The notes under the pieces are model-generated. The model did not search any database, was not told the DNA's origin, and worked only from the letters and a program-made list of their open reading frames with translations. From an uncultured Verrucomicrobiae bacterium (lineage in GTDB: Bacteria; Verrucomicrobiota; Verrucomicrobiia; Limisphaerales; JAFGQR01), in contig CAWBHS010000085.1 in assembly GCA_963788655.1 (NCBI GenBank), forward strand, positions 1-21,579: 21,579 nucleotides of DNA. Reading direction: 5' to 3'. The translations under genes and the position numbers were made by a program. Every line of letters begins with the position of its first letter. Positions within the stretch are counted from its first letter, which is position 1. This document shows positions 10,066 through 19,085 of this stretch, one piece after another.

Positions 10066-10655
10066 AGCAACCGGGAACGAAAGCGACGTGGGGGACGGTG
10101 CCATTGGCGAGTGCCGTTCGACCTGCCGTCGGATGGCCATGTAACACGCCAGTCGCCCACGGTGAAATGGCCAGCATGTCTGACTCAAGGGATCATCTGC
10201 GCCGATGGTATCGGATCGGAACGGGCCTGAGAATCCGCTCTTCGCACCACCAACATGGCGGGTTGAGCAACCCGGATAAGGATGCACTATGCGCAAAACA
10301 ACGCCGAACCTTGCTTCGGTGCAGGCGACACGGAATATGGTTGCGATGGGCCGCGCCGGTGGGGTTGGTTTAACGATCCCCTCAAGCGACTTCAGCAGGT
10401 GATGGGACAGATGACCAAACGGAAAGTGCGGAATGGATGGGGCTGGTCAAGCGCCGCGTATTCAAGTAAAAGGGGGGCTCGTGACAGAACATAGCGCAAA
10501 CTGCCCAGCGTATCGGCGTTGTGCCACCGCATCGCTTGCTGGTGAGCCCATCCAGTTTGCGCGGTCGGTTGTCGCGCATCCGACACCCATGGTTTTGGAA
10601 CCTTGAATCCTGCGCGCGAGCGAGGTAAACAGTTCACCGCATACATTAGACAGGC

Positions 10656-11222
10656 ATGGAAACATTTTTTGACGGTGTCAACGCACTGCGATGGCATTAC
10701 GGGATGATCGGGCAGCCCAAAACTGCTGCCCCTCCGCCTCTGGAGGACTTTGCCAAGGCCTGCGGTCTGGCCTTGGGCATGAAGGATCCAGCTACGTTCG
10801 AGTGTTTTTGTCCGGTGCTCGTTTTTAATCGCTGGACTCCCGAGGCGCTGATGGCGGCCACGCCCGAGCGGCAACGCGGGCGCTTGCGGCTGGCAGCCGG
10901 TATCGGATTGTTTTTTATGAACTTTTCCCGCCTGGGAATTCCCTGGGCGATGGAAACAACCGTGGCTTTGAAGCGGTTGGAATCCTTGTTGCACGCTTTT
11001 CGCCTGGACCAAGACCCGTGGAACAACCACGACGGCGCCTCTCAGCCCGAGGGATACTACTTGGAGTTTTTCAAGCCTTACGGTCTTTACGTGAACTGGC
11101 CATTGATTGATTTCTGGAAACAGTTCCAATGGACCCAGCGCCAAAACCACGAGCGAGTTTGGCGAATGCTGGAGGAACAGGAGGCCCGGAGCACACCCAC
11201 CACGCACGAACTGATGGCATGA
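10656..11222 (+). CDS. hypothetical protein, putative partner/antitoxin of the downstream nucleotidyltransferase
   Basis: 188 aa, protein-like composition, ATGA overlap with 11219. Confidence 0.7.
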   Translation: METFFDGVNALRWHYGMIGQPKTAAPPPLEDFAKACGLALGMKDPATFECFCPVLVFNRWTPEALMAATPERQRGRLRLAAGIGLFFMNFSRLGIPWAMETTVALKRLESLLHAFRLDQDPWNNHDGASQPEGYYLEFFKPYGLYVNWPLIDFWKQFQWTQRQNHERVWRMLEEQEARSTPTTHELMA

Positions 11223-11878
11223 AATTCCAACATAAAGAACCCTCGCTGGAGGAGAAACGAGCGCTCAAAGGAGCAACCAACGTCGAGGCTTTGCTTTACG
11301 CCTTGGATCAACGGATGACCGGCAGAGTTCGAGTCGTTCTTGTCGGACGGGCGTCATACGAAATCGGCAACCCCCAACTCACGAACCAACTCCGACAACG
11401 GTTGCAGGAAACGACCCATGTTGATGACCAGACCGGACGGGTATTGTTAACCGATGACATTGATTGCTATCTGACCGAGGAAGCGCAAGCCATTGTGGAC
11501 GCCGGACACCCGGACTCGTATGTGGCCAAGTTGGCTGGCTGCTACGTTCACGCGTTGAACGAACGCACGCTCATCCTGCCTCGGGGATGGGAAGAAAGAC
11601 TGCAAGCGGTGCCAGGGCAATTTGAGCATTTGGAACTCCAGAGGCTTGAAGTCCTGGACTTTGTGGTTTGCAAGGGCGCGGCCGGACGCACCAAAGACAT
11701 TCACTTTTTACAGGCTTTTTGCGAAGCGATGAACCTTCGCCAGGCTGATGTAGCGGGCAGAATTGAACAAGTCCTGGCTCAGCCGTCACTGCAGTTAAGG
11801 TTCGACACTCTTGCTCAACGCAACCTCCGTCGGCTCGTCGGCAAGGTCTTTCCACCCTCACCGCCTCAGATCAACTGA
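11219..11878 (+). CDS. DUF6036-like nucleotidyltransferase
   Basis: VVLVGRAS, LTDDID (DxD), LPRGWEERL, K.AAGRTKD motifs; start at the ATGA overlap. Confidence 0.8.
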   Translation: MKFQHKEPSLEEKRALKGATNVEALLYALDQRMTGRVRVVLVGRASYEIGNPQLTNQLRQRLQETTHVDDQTGRVLLTDDIDCYLTEEAQAIVDAGHPDSYVAKLAGCYVHALNERTLILPRGWEERLQAVPGQFEHLELQRLEVLDFVVCKGAAGRTKDIHFLQAFCEAMNLRQADVAGRIEQVLAQPSLQLRFDTLAQRNLRRLVGKVFPPSPPQIN

Positions 11879-12299
11879 TTTCCCATTTGCCAGGCGCACG
11901 CTTGTTCCTCGGCGTTATTTGGGCTGCTTGGTTTGATCGAATGGTGTCCTTTCATGCGGGGCCCCGAGCAAGGTGGCTTGGCCACGCTGGCCATCAAATC
12001 CTCAACTCCAAACTCCCTCGACGTTGTCTGCTGCTCATGCGCAAGAGAGCATCCGGAAGATCGAAGACTGGCGCTCGAAGAACTCTCGCGCATCTGGTCC
12101 ATCTTCTATGCTGACGTTGCCTCTTACATTGGCGTAGCCGCTGCTGACGCGATGCGTGCCATTGGACATGTTGTCCGGCCAACAGGCGGACGTCCATCCC
12201 GTTCCCTCGGCGAGGCTCAGACGAGTTTCCATCGCCACCATCAAAGACCCACCTGAGAGGTAAATTCCCGAAAGGGGCTGCGACCGCCAGGAACCGCTC

Positions 12300-14235
12300 G
12301 GCGAAGCAAAGGTGCCATGCATGGCGGCGGTGCCAGAATGCAATAGTAACAGATCGCGAGTTCACGACGTCGCTGTCTTGCGTGGTGAACACATTCCATC
12401 CGCCCACAGTAGAGCAGACCCGGACACATCCCAAGGGTGGCGAGGCCACAACCTCAAGGCTGCGCCCAGAACGCAAGACTCGCCTCGCGGCGTGGTCATC
12501 ACCGGCGCGGTGGACGTTTAGGGATGGGCTTTACATTTGCGCTCGCGCGCACTTGGCCTGGGCCAGACCTTGATGCCTCGCCCCGGCGGCGGTGTGATGG
12601 CTCCCAGCGCGCATGGGCAACGACGGACCCGACACCCGTGCGCACCATTCACCTGGGGCGAGATGAGTCGTCGTTCATGGCGGGGTGGCTGGGCTTTCGC
12701 CCTCGCATGGGATGCTTGCGTCACAGCGAATTCCGACATGTGTCCGAAACCAGTTTGAGCACCCGTCGCCCCGAGCGAGTGTGAGCCGGTGACGGCGCAT
12801 ACGCCGAGACCCCGCAGTGCGTCGCCAGCCTCAAGGCGGCTGCGCCCAGAAGGCAACGCCAGTGGGCACAAAGCACCTCGCGTCGCGCGACACGTCACGT
12901 CAGGTGTGACCGCCGACGGTCGGCTGGGTTGCTCATGGCTCACGGAGTGGTCGAAGGACTCGGGGATCGGCCGGCAGACCTCCAGTAGAGCGTTTGCGGA
13001 GTCGCTCTGCATGCGCCGTCATTGTCGCCCGCACGGGTTTGGTAGAATTGGCATGGTCCTCAAGGCACTGTCGCGTCGGCAGAGCTTCGAGGCCGTTGCG
13101 ACGGCGCCACGCATGTCATCTGCCCGCTGCCGCCGCAGCGGCGGACGCGCTCGACCGCGGCTGACGCCGATGTAAAGGGGAGGCGGCACTGACACCGAGC
13201 GGCGCGGTCCAATTGGTCCCCTTGGGGGGCGCTGGCCGCGACCGACTGACCTGGACTGTCGGCCACGGTGGCCGAGATCTCCTCGACAGCCAGCGAGCCT
13301 TGGCAAACCCTAAGCGGACCACTCAACATTGGCTCACGCCTGACGTGGCTGAATGCCCTCTGACAGGAACGCGCGACCATTCGCGAGTGCTCCAGGTGTC
13401 ATTGACGAGGCTGTCGGGCATCCGGCGCGCGCCGAGTTGCGCTGGTTGCCAGACATGGGTTCTGTGACGCGTTCGATATTCTTCTCACACACACGGGCAT
13501 GGCAGAGGTCCCGCTCCGCGAAACACAACGCGCCACGGGCGCGGCGAGCTGACACCTGCGCGACCGCGCTTGGATGCTCGCCCGGGGCGAGAGCACATCG
13601 CTCGACATCGCGCACAGGCGTCGTTGAGGCTCAGCAAAGCCACATGCTCGCATGGCAGTGGGCCACGGGACCCAAGGCTTCGCCCAGAACAACGGCAATG
13701 GTTACCCAATCTCACCGGGCCTGCCCTGGTATCCACCAAATTATCTACGGGAATCTCGCGAGCTTGACGTCTCGACCTCGCCCCGCGCGACGTTACACTG
13801 AGGTTCCAACGGCGCGAGGTCGATGCGGGGCGCGCAGGTTCTCGCCCACGGCCCGGCTCAGAAGCGCGCCACTGTAGGACGCAAGCCACAGCCCAGGGCT
13901 GACGCGGTGAGACCAGACCAAACCGTCGCTGCGCCGATAGAGTGCCGCCTGGGCGGCTGGGACTCTTGGCCGCCGCGGCCTGGCAGCCTGGCACGGCACA
14001 GTCTCTCACGACTCGGCAATGCCTCCTCGGGCCGCCGCGCACCTGGCAATAGACCGGCCGATGTCGGCCGACTCGCCGTGAGAGTAACATAGTCCCGGGG
14101 GGGCCTTGGGCGCATGCGTCTCTCCCGTTGCCACCGCGCCATGGGCGCCACTATAGGCTGGGCAGCGGCGCGGGAGCGCGGGGTGCGCACGGTGGTGGGG
14201 GCACTGGCTTCTCTAGCGTTTTCGCCCACCACTGC
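12300..14235 (+). other. large structured non-coding region B with recurring motif; boundaries approximate
   Basis: Nested long-range complementarity and three copies of CAAGGC..CGCCCAGAA; no credible ORF. Strand is inferred from a few wobble positions. Confidence 0.5.
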
Positions 14236-14280
14236 GGCTCCTCGTTACAAGATCGGGTTTAGCACCGAAATAACGGGCGC

Positions 14281-14457
14281 CATACGGACATTTTCAACCA
14301 GATTTCCGGCCTCATACGGACATTTTCAACTGCCCGGCAATTTCCAGAGTCATTCGTTGGGTCAATACGGACGTTTTCCTATAATGGGATAGTGACATTT
14401 TCCACCGTGCTTTCGAAACGAGCAGGGCCCGATGATTTAATGCTGACATTTTCAACT
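14281..14457. repeat. five iteron/operator-like direct repeats, core GAC(A/G)TTTTC
   Basis: CATACGGACATTTTCAAC exact at 14281 and 14313; variants with cores at 14370, 14394 and 14445. Confidence 0.85.
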
Positions 14458-14473
14458 CTGGAGCTGGAACGCG

Positions 14474-14846
14474 ATGCGTGAACGAGAAGAACCAAACCGA
14501 GACGACGCGGGAGAAATCCCGGAGTCCGTTACCATGGAACCGACGCGTTACACGACCTTGCGCCGGGAGGTGGTGGAACTGTTGCGGCGGCATCCGCAGA
14601 CCGACGATTCGCGAGTGGTCCGCCGGATCTGCAACGATTCGATCCGGTATGTTTTGCGAACCGGAGTAGGTTCCCGCGGGGATTGGCAGGACGCCCAAGC
14701 GCTCCTGGTGGCGATCCACGACCGGACGCGCGGAGCTGGCCCGGGTTCTCCTGGAGGTGGGCAGGGCGCTGGATAATCTGGCCGACCTGGGCGATTACGA
14801 GAGCCTGTTGGGCCCTCTCAAGGAGATGTTGGAGAGCGGAAAGTGA
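14474..14846 (+). CDS. hypothetical protein, possible RHH-like/relaxosome accessory; frameshift near 14730
   Basis: ...RYTTLRREVVELLRRHPQTDDSRVVRRICNDSIRY... continues in a shifted frame as AELARVLLEVGRALDNLADLGDYESLLGPLKEMLESGK*. Start may be 14534. Confidence 0.5.
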
Positions 14847-15355
14847 AACCAACTCTTGTCGGCATTGCCGGCGGTTTCACGGAGAGTATGGCTGCCGTCT
14901 TCGTGCGAAAGGAGGCGGTGCGCTATTCAGGCACAGGATCGGAGTCGCACGCAGCATCTTACGATGGACATCCGAGGCCGATGACTCATTCGGCATTGAC
15001 CGACCAAGGGAACGAAGCGATTTGTGGTGGTCTTGGTAACAGCAGCGGCGTACCGAGTTCGACACTCCAAACGACGACTTCAAGGGGACGAATAGCGTGT
15101 CCCGGGAGATCTCAAATACTGTCAACAAGCCTCATTGTGGCGTAAACCCTGAAGAACTCAATGGGCTGTTTGATTACTGTGCGGGCAGCACCCCAAGTCC
15201 ATCGCCAGCGTATTCATCGCGCAGGGCTTGCCGATTTTCCAATGCGACGGAGCCTGCTAGGGGATGCGCTCCGCATTGCCACGTGCGGCAACTGCTGACA
15301 GCAGACCTTCATCTCTTGTTGAGTGCCGCACTTAACATTAACCTATCGGGAACCT

Positions 15356-15718
15356 ATGGACCTCACCTTGGAGCCGCTACTTGACGAAATGCTAACCGCC
15401 ATCGCCGGACATTATGGGCTTACGCCAGATCTCTTGTCCGACATCCTGCTCCGGCAAGCTTTGTCCGAATTGATCGCACTGACTGACCATACCAAACGAG
15501 GAACGGAAATGGATCTGACTGGTCTCTTGGCGGAGAAAGACCAGCGCCTCCAGAGCTTTCTGGACCAAGCGATCACTCGCCTCAACGCCCTTGACGAAGT
15601 TATTGACCAGGCCAGAACGGTGGTGATCCGAGCCAATACGATCATGAACAGGCTGGTCCAACGGAGCCACCTCGACCGGCTGAAAACCGACGTTTCGGCC
15701 GCGAGCCATTTGACGTAG
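15356..15718 (+). CDS. ribbon-helix-helix (CopG/MobC-like) protein
   Basis: MDLTL-EPLLDEMLTAIAGHYG-LT-PDLLSDILLRQAL fits the strand-helix-turn-helix pattern, followed by a helical tail; ends 5 bp before the relaxase-like gene. Confidence 0.65.
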   Translation: MDLTLEPLLDEMLTAIAGHYGLTPDLLSDILLRQALSELIALTDHTKRGTEMDLTGLLAEKDQRLQSFLDQAITRLNALDEVIDQARTVVIRANTIMNRLVQRSHLDRLKTDVSAASHLT

Positions 15719-15723
15719 TCCTT

Positions 15724-17080
15724 ATGGTTTTCAAACGAACGAAGTCAATCACTTCGGTGAAGACGGCCGTGGCTTGGGCCAAGAGCTACCTCGACGAGGT
15801 GACGAAGAACCGCACGAAGAAGACTCTCGGAGATGGGGGCCAAGTTGGGCAAGATGTACCTCACCAGCCGTCCCGCCGGACTACTTTCGTCCCACGGTTA
15901 TGTCCGCGAACCGGTCGAGCGATTTCAAGCGGCTGGCCGGCTAACTGCCAACGAAGCGGTGCTTGAGTTCATTTGCGGCTACTGCCGGGAGCGGGCCCGC
16001 AGGGGGAGGAAGATCATGGGATTGCGGGCGATTGCCAGCCTGGATCCAGGCGTCACCGTCAAGCTCATCGCCAAGGGTGTGGACTTCGATCGGTTGCTGG
16101 TTCGGGCCATCGAGCAAACGTTCACGGAGGCGGCGGCGCGGCACTATCCCGGGGACGAACTGGGCTATTTCATCGGCATCCATCACGACCGCGAGGACAA
16201 GTTCGGGCGGCCGCAGATTCACAGTCACATTTACGTGGTTCCCCAGACCCGGAAGGGGCTGCGGGTGAGCCTGGCGGACCACACCAAGCCCGGTCGCGCG
16301 CAGAATCCGGTGATGGTGGATATGCTTACCGAGCTTCGGCAGACCTATGCCCGCAACATCCGCCAGGCGCTCTTGCAGGAGCGGATTCGCTTTGGCGAAG
16401 CGCTCCATACGCCGGAGTGGAATGCCCTGGCCAAGCTCTCGGCCTGGCTGACCGGGTGCGACTTGGATGAGCGAAGAATGGAGCCGGAACAGGCCCGTCG
16501 CTACGGCCCGGCCCGGTTTATATCTTACCTGAAGAACCTGGATCGGAGAGCGATCGAACGTTGGTTGAAGGTGCTTCATCGCCGGATGGCCGAGGAATCC
16601 GCTGGAAATCCCGCGGAGGCGATTTCCCGGCTCAGGGCAGCGGTTAAGTCCCTTGAGGAGGGCCGCGTTGACCTGGCTCGGATCCGGCAGGAGTTGTGGA
16701 CCAACGCCATTGATTGGTACGCCGGAGCCGGCCAATCCTCCGAGGTGGAGGGGACCTACGTCTTCGTCCCCAAGTTCACCATCGCGAAACGTCGAACCCC
16801 GCCAGTGCTTTGCCAGAAGATGTTTGATTTGCTGGAGCAGGTCCGGCTCAGCCGCCTGTTGCGGCGGGTCACCTTCCTGGCGGCGGTGGCGGACCTGGAG
16901 TTGGACTATGGCGGTGTCCCAAGACGGCCCCCGACTGGGTGCGCGTCCTGGAGCGATGCGTTGAGGACGACACTCTGCCGAACAAAGCGTGCCTCCAGCA
17001 GGCGCAAGATCTGGAAGCGCCAGCGCTGCGCTCGCAGGGCAAGTCCGTGGCAGCTTTGCCCGAAAAGCCCACCTCAATGA
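15724..17080 (+). pseudogene. HUH-superfamily relaxase-like protein; frameshifts near 15835 and 16920, C-terminus uncertain
   Basis: N-terminal WAKSYL (candidate catalytic Tyr), LRAIASLDP (motif II-like), YFIGIHHDREDKFGRPQIHSHIYVVP (HxD..HxH motif III). Confidence 0.75.
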
Positions 17081-18734
17081 CGGAGGTTCGCTTTCGGCGG
17101 TGCCCGATTCGTTGTACACCACCACCGCATACTGGCCACTTTGGGAAGGCTCGAGATTGGTAAAGGTAAGCGTGGCATTGGTGGCGCCGGCAATGGGTGT
17201 GCTGTTGTAATGCCATTGATAGAACAGCGGGTCATCGCCGGTGGCTTCCACATGAAACTCGGCTTCGTCTCCCGGAAAAACCCTCACGTTGATTGGCTGA
17301 GTGCTGATCGCCGGCGCTGGGCCACCCGCTTGAGAACGGCCCGGCGTTGGAAATGCCGCCAGCCAACTTGCCGGATCATTTCCATAAGCATCGTCGCTCA
17401 GGCGCTGCAACGAAGGGCCGCGCCCGTTGGCAGCCGTCGGCCACGGGGCTTTGTCGTTGTAACGCACCGCATCCACGGTGATGAACGGAACAATGCCAGT
17501 GAGGCCGGGCACACCCGGTCGCTGCAATTCCAGTCGCTCGCCACTGTTTTGGAGCGCGCCGTTCCAAGGACCGAGGACGGGAACATCTTCCGGCACGGAT
17601 ACCCGGGCGCGGAAGTCCGCGGGATTGGTGGCCACGAGCAACAGCCATTGACCGGGATCGAGGATGATATTCGTCGGAAACGTGTAGCCAAGACCGTTGA
17701 GCTTCCAGGTGTTGGCCGGTCGTATCGGATCAAACAAAGCCACGTTGGTGGCGGAGATGTTCTTCAGTTCGACGAACTCGTCGCTTCCCGGAGCCGGATG
17801 ATAATGAATTTCGCTGATCACCACCGGGCCGACCAAAGGACCGACGTTGGTCTCACGCAGCGAGGGCGCGATCTGCGCGGCGAAATCCTCCTGTCCCGTG
17901 CTCAGCAGATGGCGGCCAAAGGTAACGCCCGAAGCCGCCGCGCCAAAGCTGAACCCATGGCTATAACCGGTCAGGTTGGTGGCCGCGTCGCCCGAAATGA
18001 GATACACCTCATCGCCATCCGAACTGAGGGCGAAGCTGGTGTTCAGTCCGGGAGTGGGATTGAAGTCGGATTCGTCGAAGACCGCGAAGCCACCCGCGGA
18101 CATCTTCGTGCCGGCCGGGATGCGGAATTTCATCGGTTGCGCCGGATCGTCCGTCAGGAACCAGCCGCCAACGTCCACCTCCGTTTCCGTGGGATTGAAG
18201 AGTTCGATGGCATCGAGGTCCGGTGGAACCGACGCGCTGAGAACTTCGTTAATGACAATCGGCGGAATGGTTGGGATTGGATCGTCCATTCCCGGTGAGC
18301 CGCCCGGAAGCGCGCTGGCCCGCCATTGGTAGGGGTCGTCCGGGTCGCGGATTGGCCTCGGGATTCACGGGCACCAGCGAATAACCGTAGCCGTCCGGAG
18401 TGACCGGCCACGGCGCGCGATCATTGTATGTCACGGATACCGCCGGCGTGCCCAACACGTGCGCCAGGCGGAGGGTTTCGCCACCGTTGTCGAGCTTGCC
18501 GGCGTAAACTCCGTTGACCGCCATGCCGGGATAGCGTTCCGTGAAACGGGCCGGATTACGGGCGAGTACAAAGAATTGGCTTGGCGCCAACCGGGTGCCA
18601 TTCGTGAACACGAACGTGATGCCGGCGGTGAATTGCATTCCACCGAGATTCAGCGTGTTCGTGCCCACGTTCTTCAGTTCGAGAAACTCGTATTCATCGC
18701 CGTCCACCGCCTGGCCGTTCAGGTCGAACCCTAG
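17070..18734 (-). pseudogene. fragment of a lamin-tail-domain (about x3) + Ig-like domain protein, truncated at both ends
   Basis: EFLELKNVG, IVINEVL...DAIELFNP...DVGGWFLTD, VVISEIHYHP...EFVELKN, Y.D.APWP, then ISTQP...LFYQWHYN...NATLT...SGQYAVVVYN. Frameshift near 18340. Confidence 0.88.
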
Positions 18735-18844
18735 CCTGGATATTTCATAAGGGCGTTCATAATTGAGGGTCAAAACGCGATTCCACCCGCTGTTGACGCG
18801 GTTTTCCACCCCGTTCGGTTTAAGCAACCGCCACCGACAGTGTG

Positions 18845-19063
18845 TTAATCCTTTCGGGAGCGTTGCCGGGCCTTGGGAGCTGGAACCTGTTTTCTGACCA
18901 GATGCAATTCGCCCCGGTCGAGCAACTCCCACTGCACCGCTTCGCCGGGTTGCAGCCCAATGGCCGCGGCCAGGGGAATGGGAAAATAGACATACAGTTT
19001 GGGCGTTTGGCCTTTGGGGCGAATGGCCTGCACTTTGAGTGAATATTTCACTGGATTTTCCAT
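18845..19063 (-). CDS. AbrB/MazE/SpoVT-like DNA-binding protein inside the IS
   Basis: KVQAIR...KLYVYFPIPLAAAIGLQPGEAVQWELLDRGELHL swapped-hairpin pattern. Confidence 0.78.
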   Translation of the reverse strand: MENPVKYSLKVQAIRPKGQTPKLYVYFPIPLAAAIGLQPGEAVQWELLDRGELHLVRKQVPAPKARQRSRKD

Positions 19064-19084
19064 ATCTAGCCTATAGACTAGATA
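19063..19084. promoter_or_regulatory. 22-bp near-perfect palindrome between divergent start codons
   Basis: TATCTAGCCTATAGACTAGATA, one mismatched pair. Confidence 0.65.
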
Positions 19085-19085
19085 C

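Noticed and set aside
10066..10650. Genes between the two NTase modules (e.g. 10282-10494)
   Set aside because: Short, no motif or RBS; possibly debris but unsupported.
11933..12256. 107-aa ORF after the DUF6036-like gene
   Set aside because: Partly protein-like but no clear start, RBS or family; not supportable.
12312..14232. ORFs overlapping structured region B
   Set aside because: Low-information translations in all six frames, none protein-like.
14281..14457. CRISPR array
   Set aside because: Repeats are at most 18 bp, degenerate and irregularly spaced; no cas genes.
14843..15145. ORFs 14843-15145 (+) and 14877-15128 (-)
   Set aside because: No motifs; cannot choose a strand or show coding.
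15941..18289. 782-aa ORF as one real protein
   Set aside because: Only about the first 400 aa are lamin-tail/Ig; the rest is antisense read-through of the relaxase-like gene.
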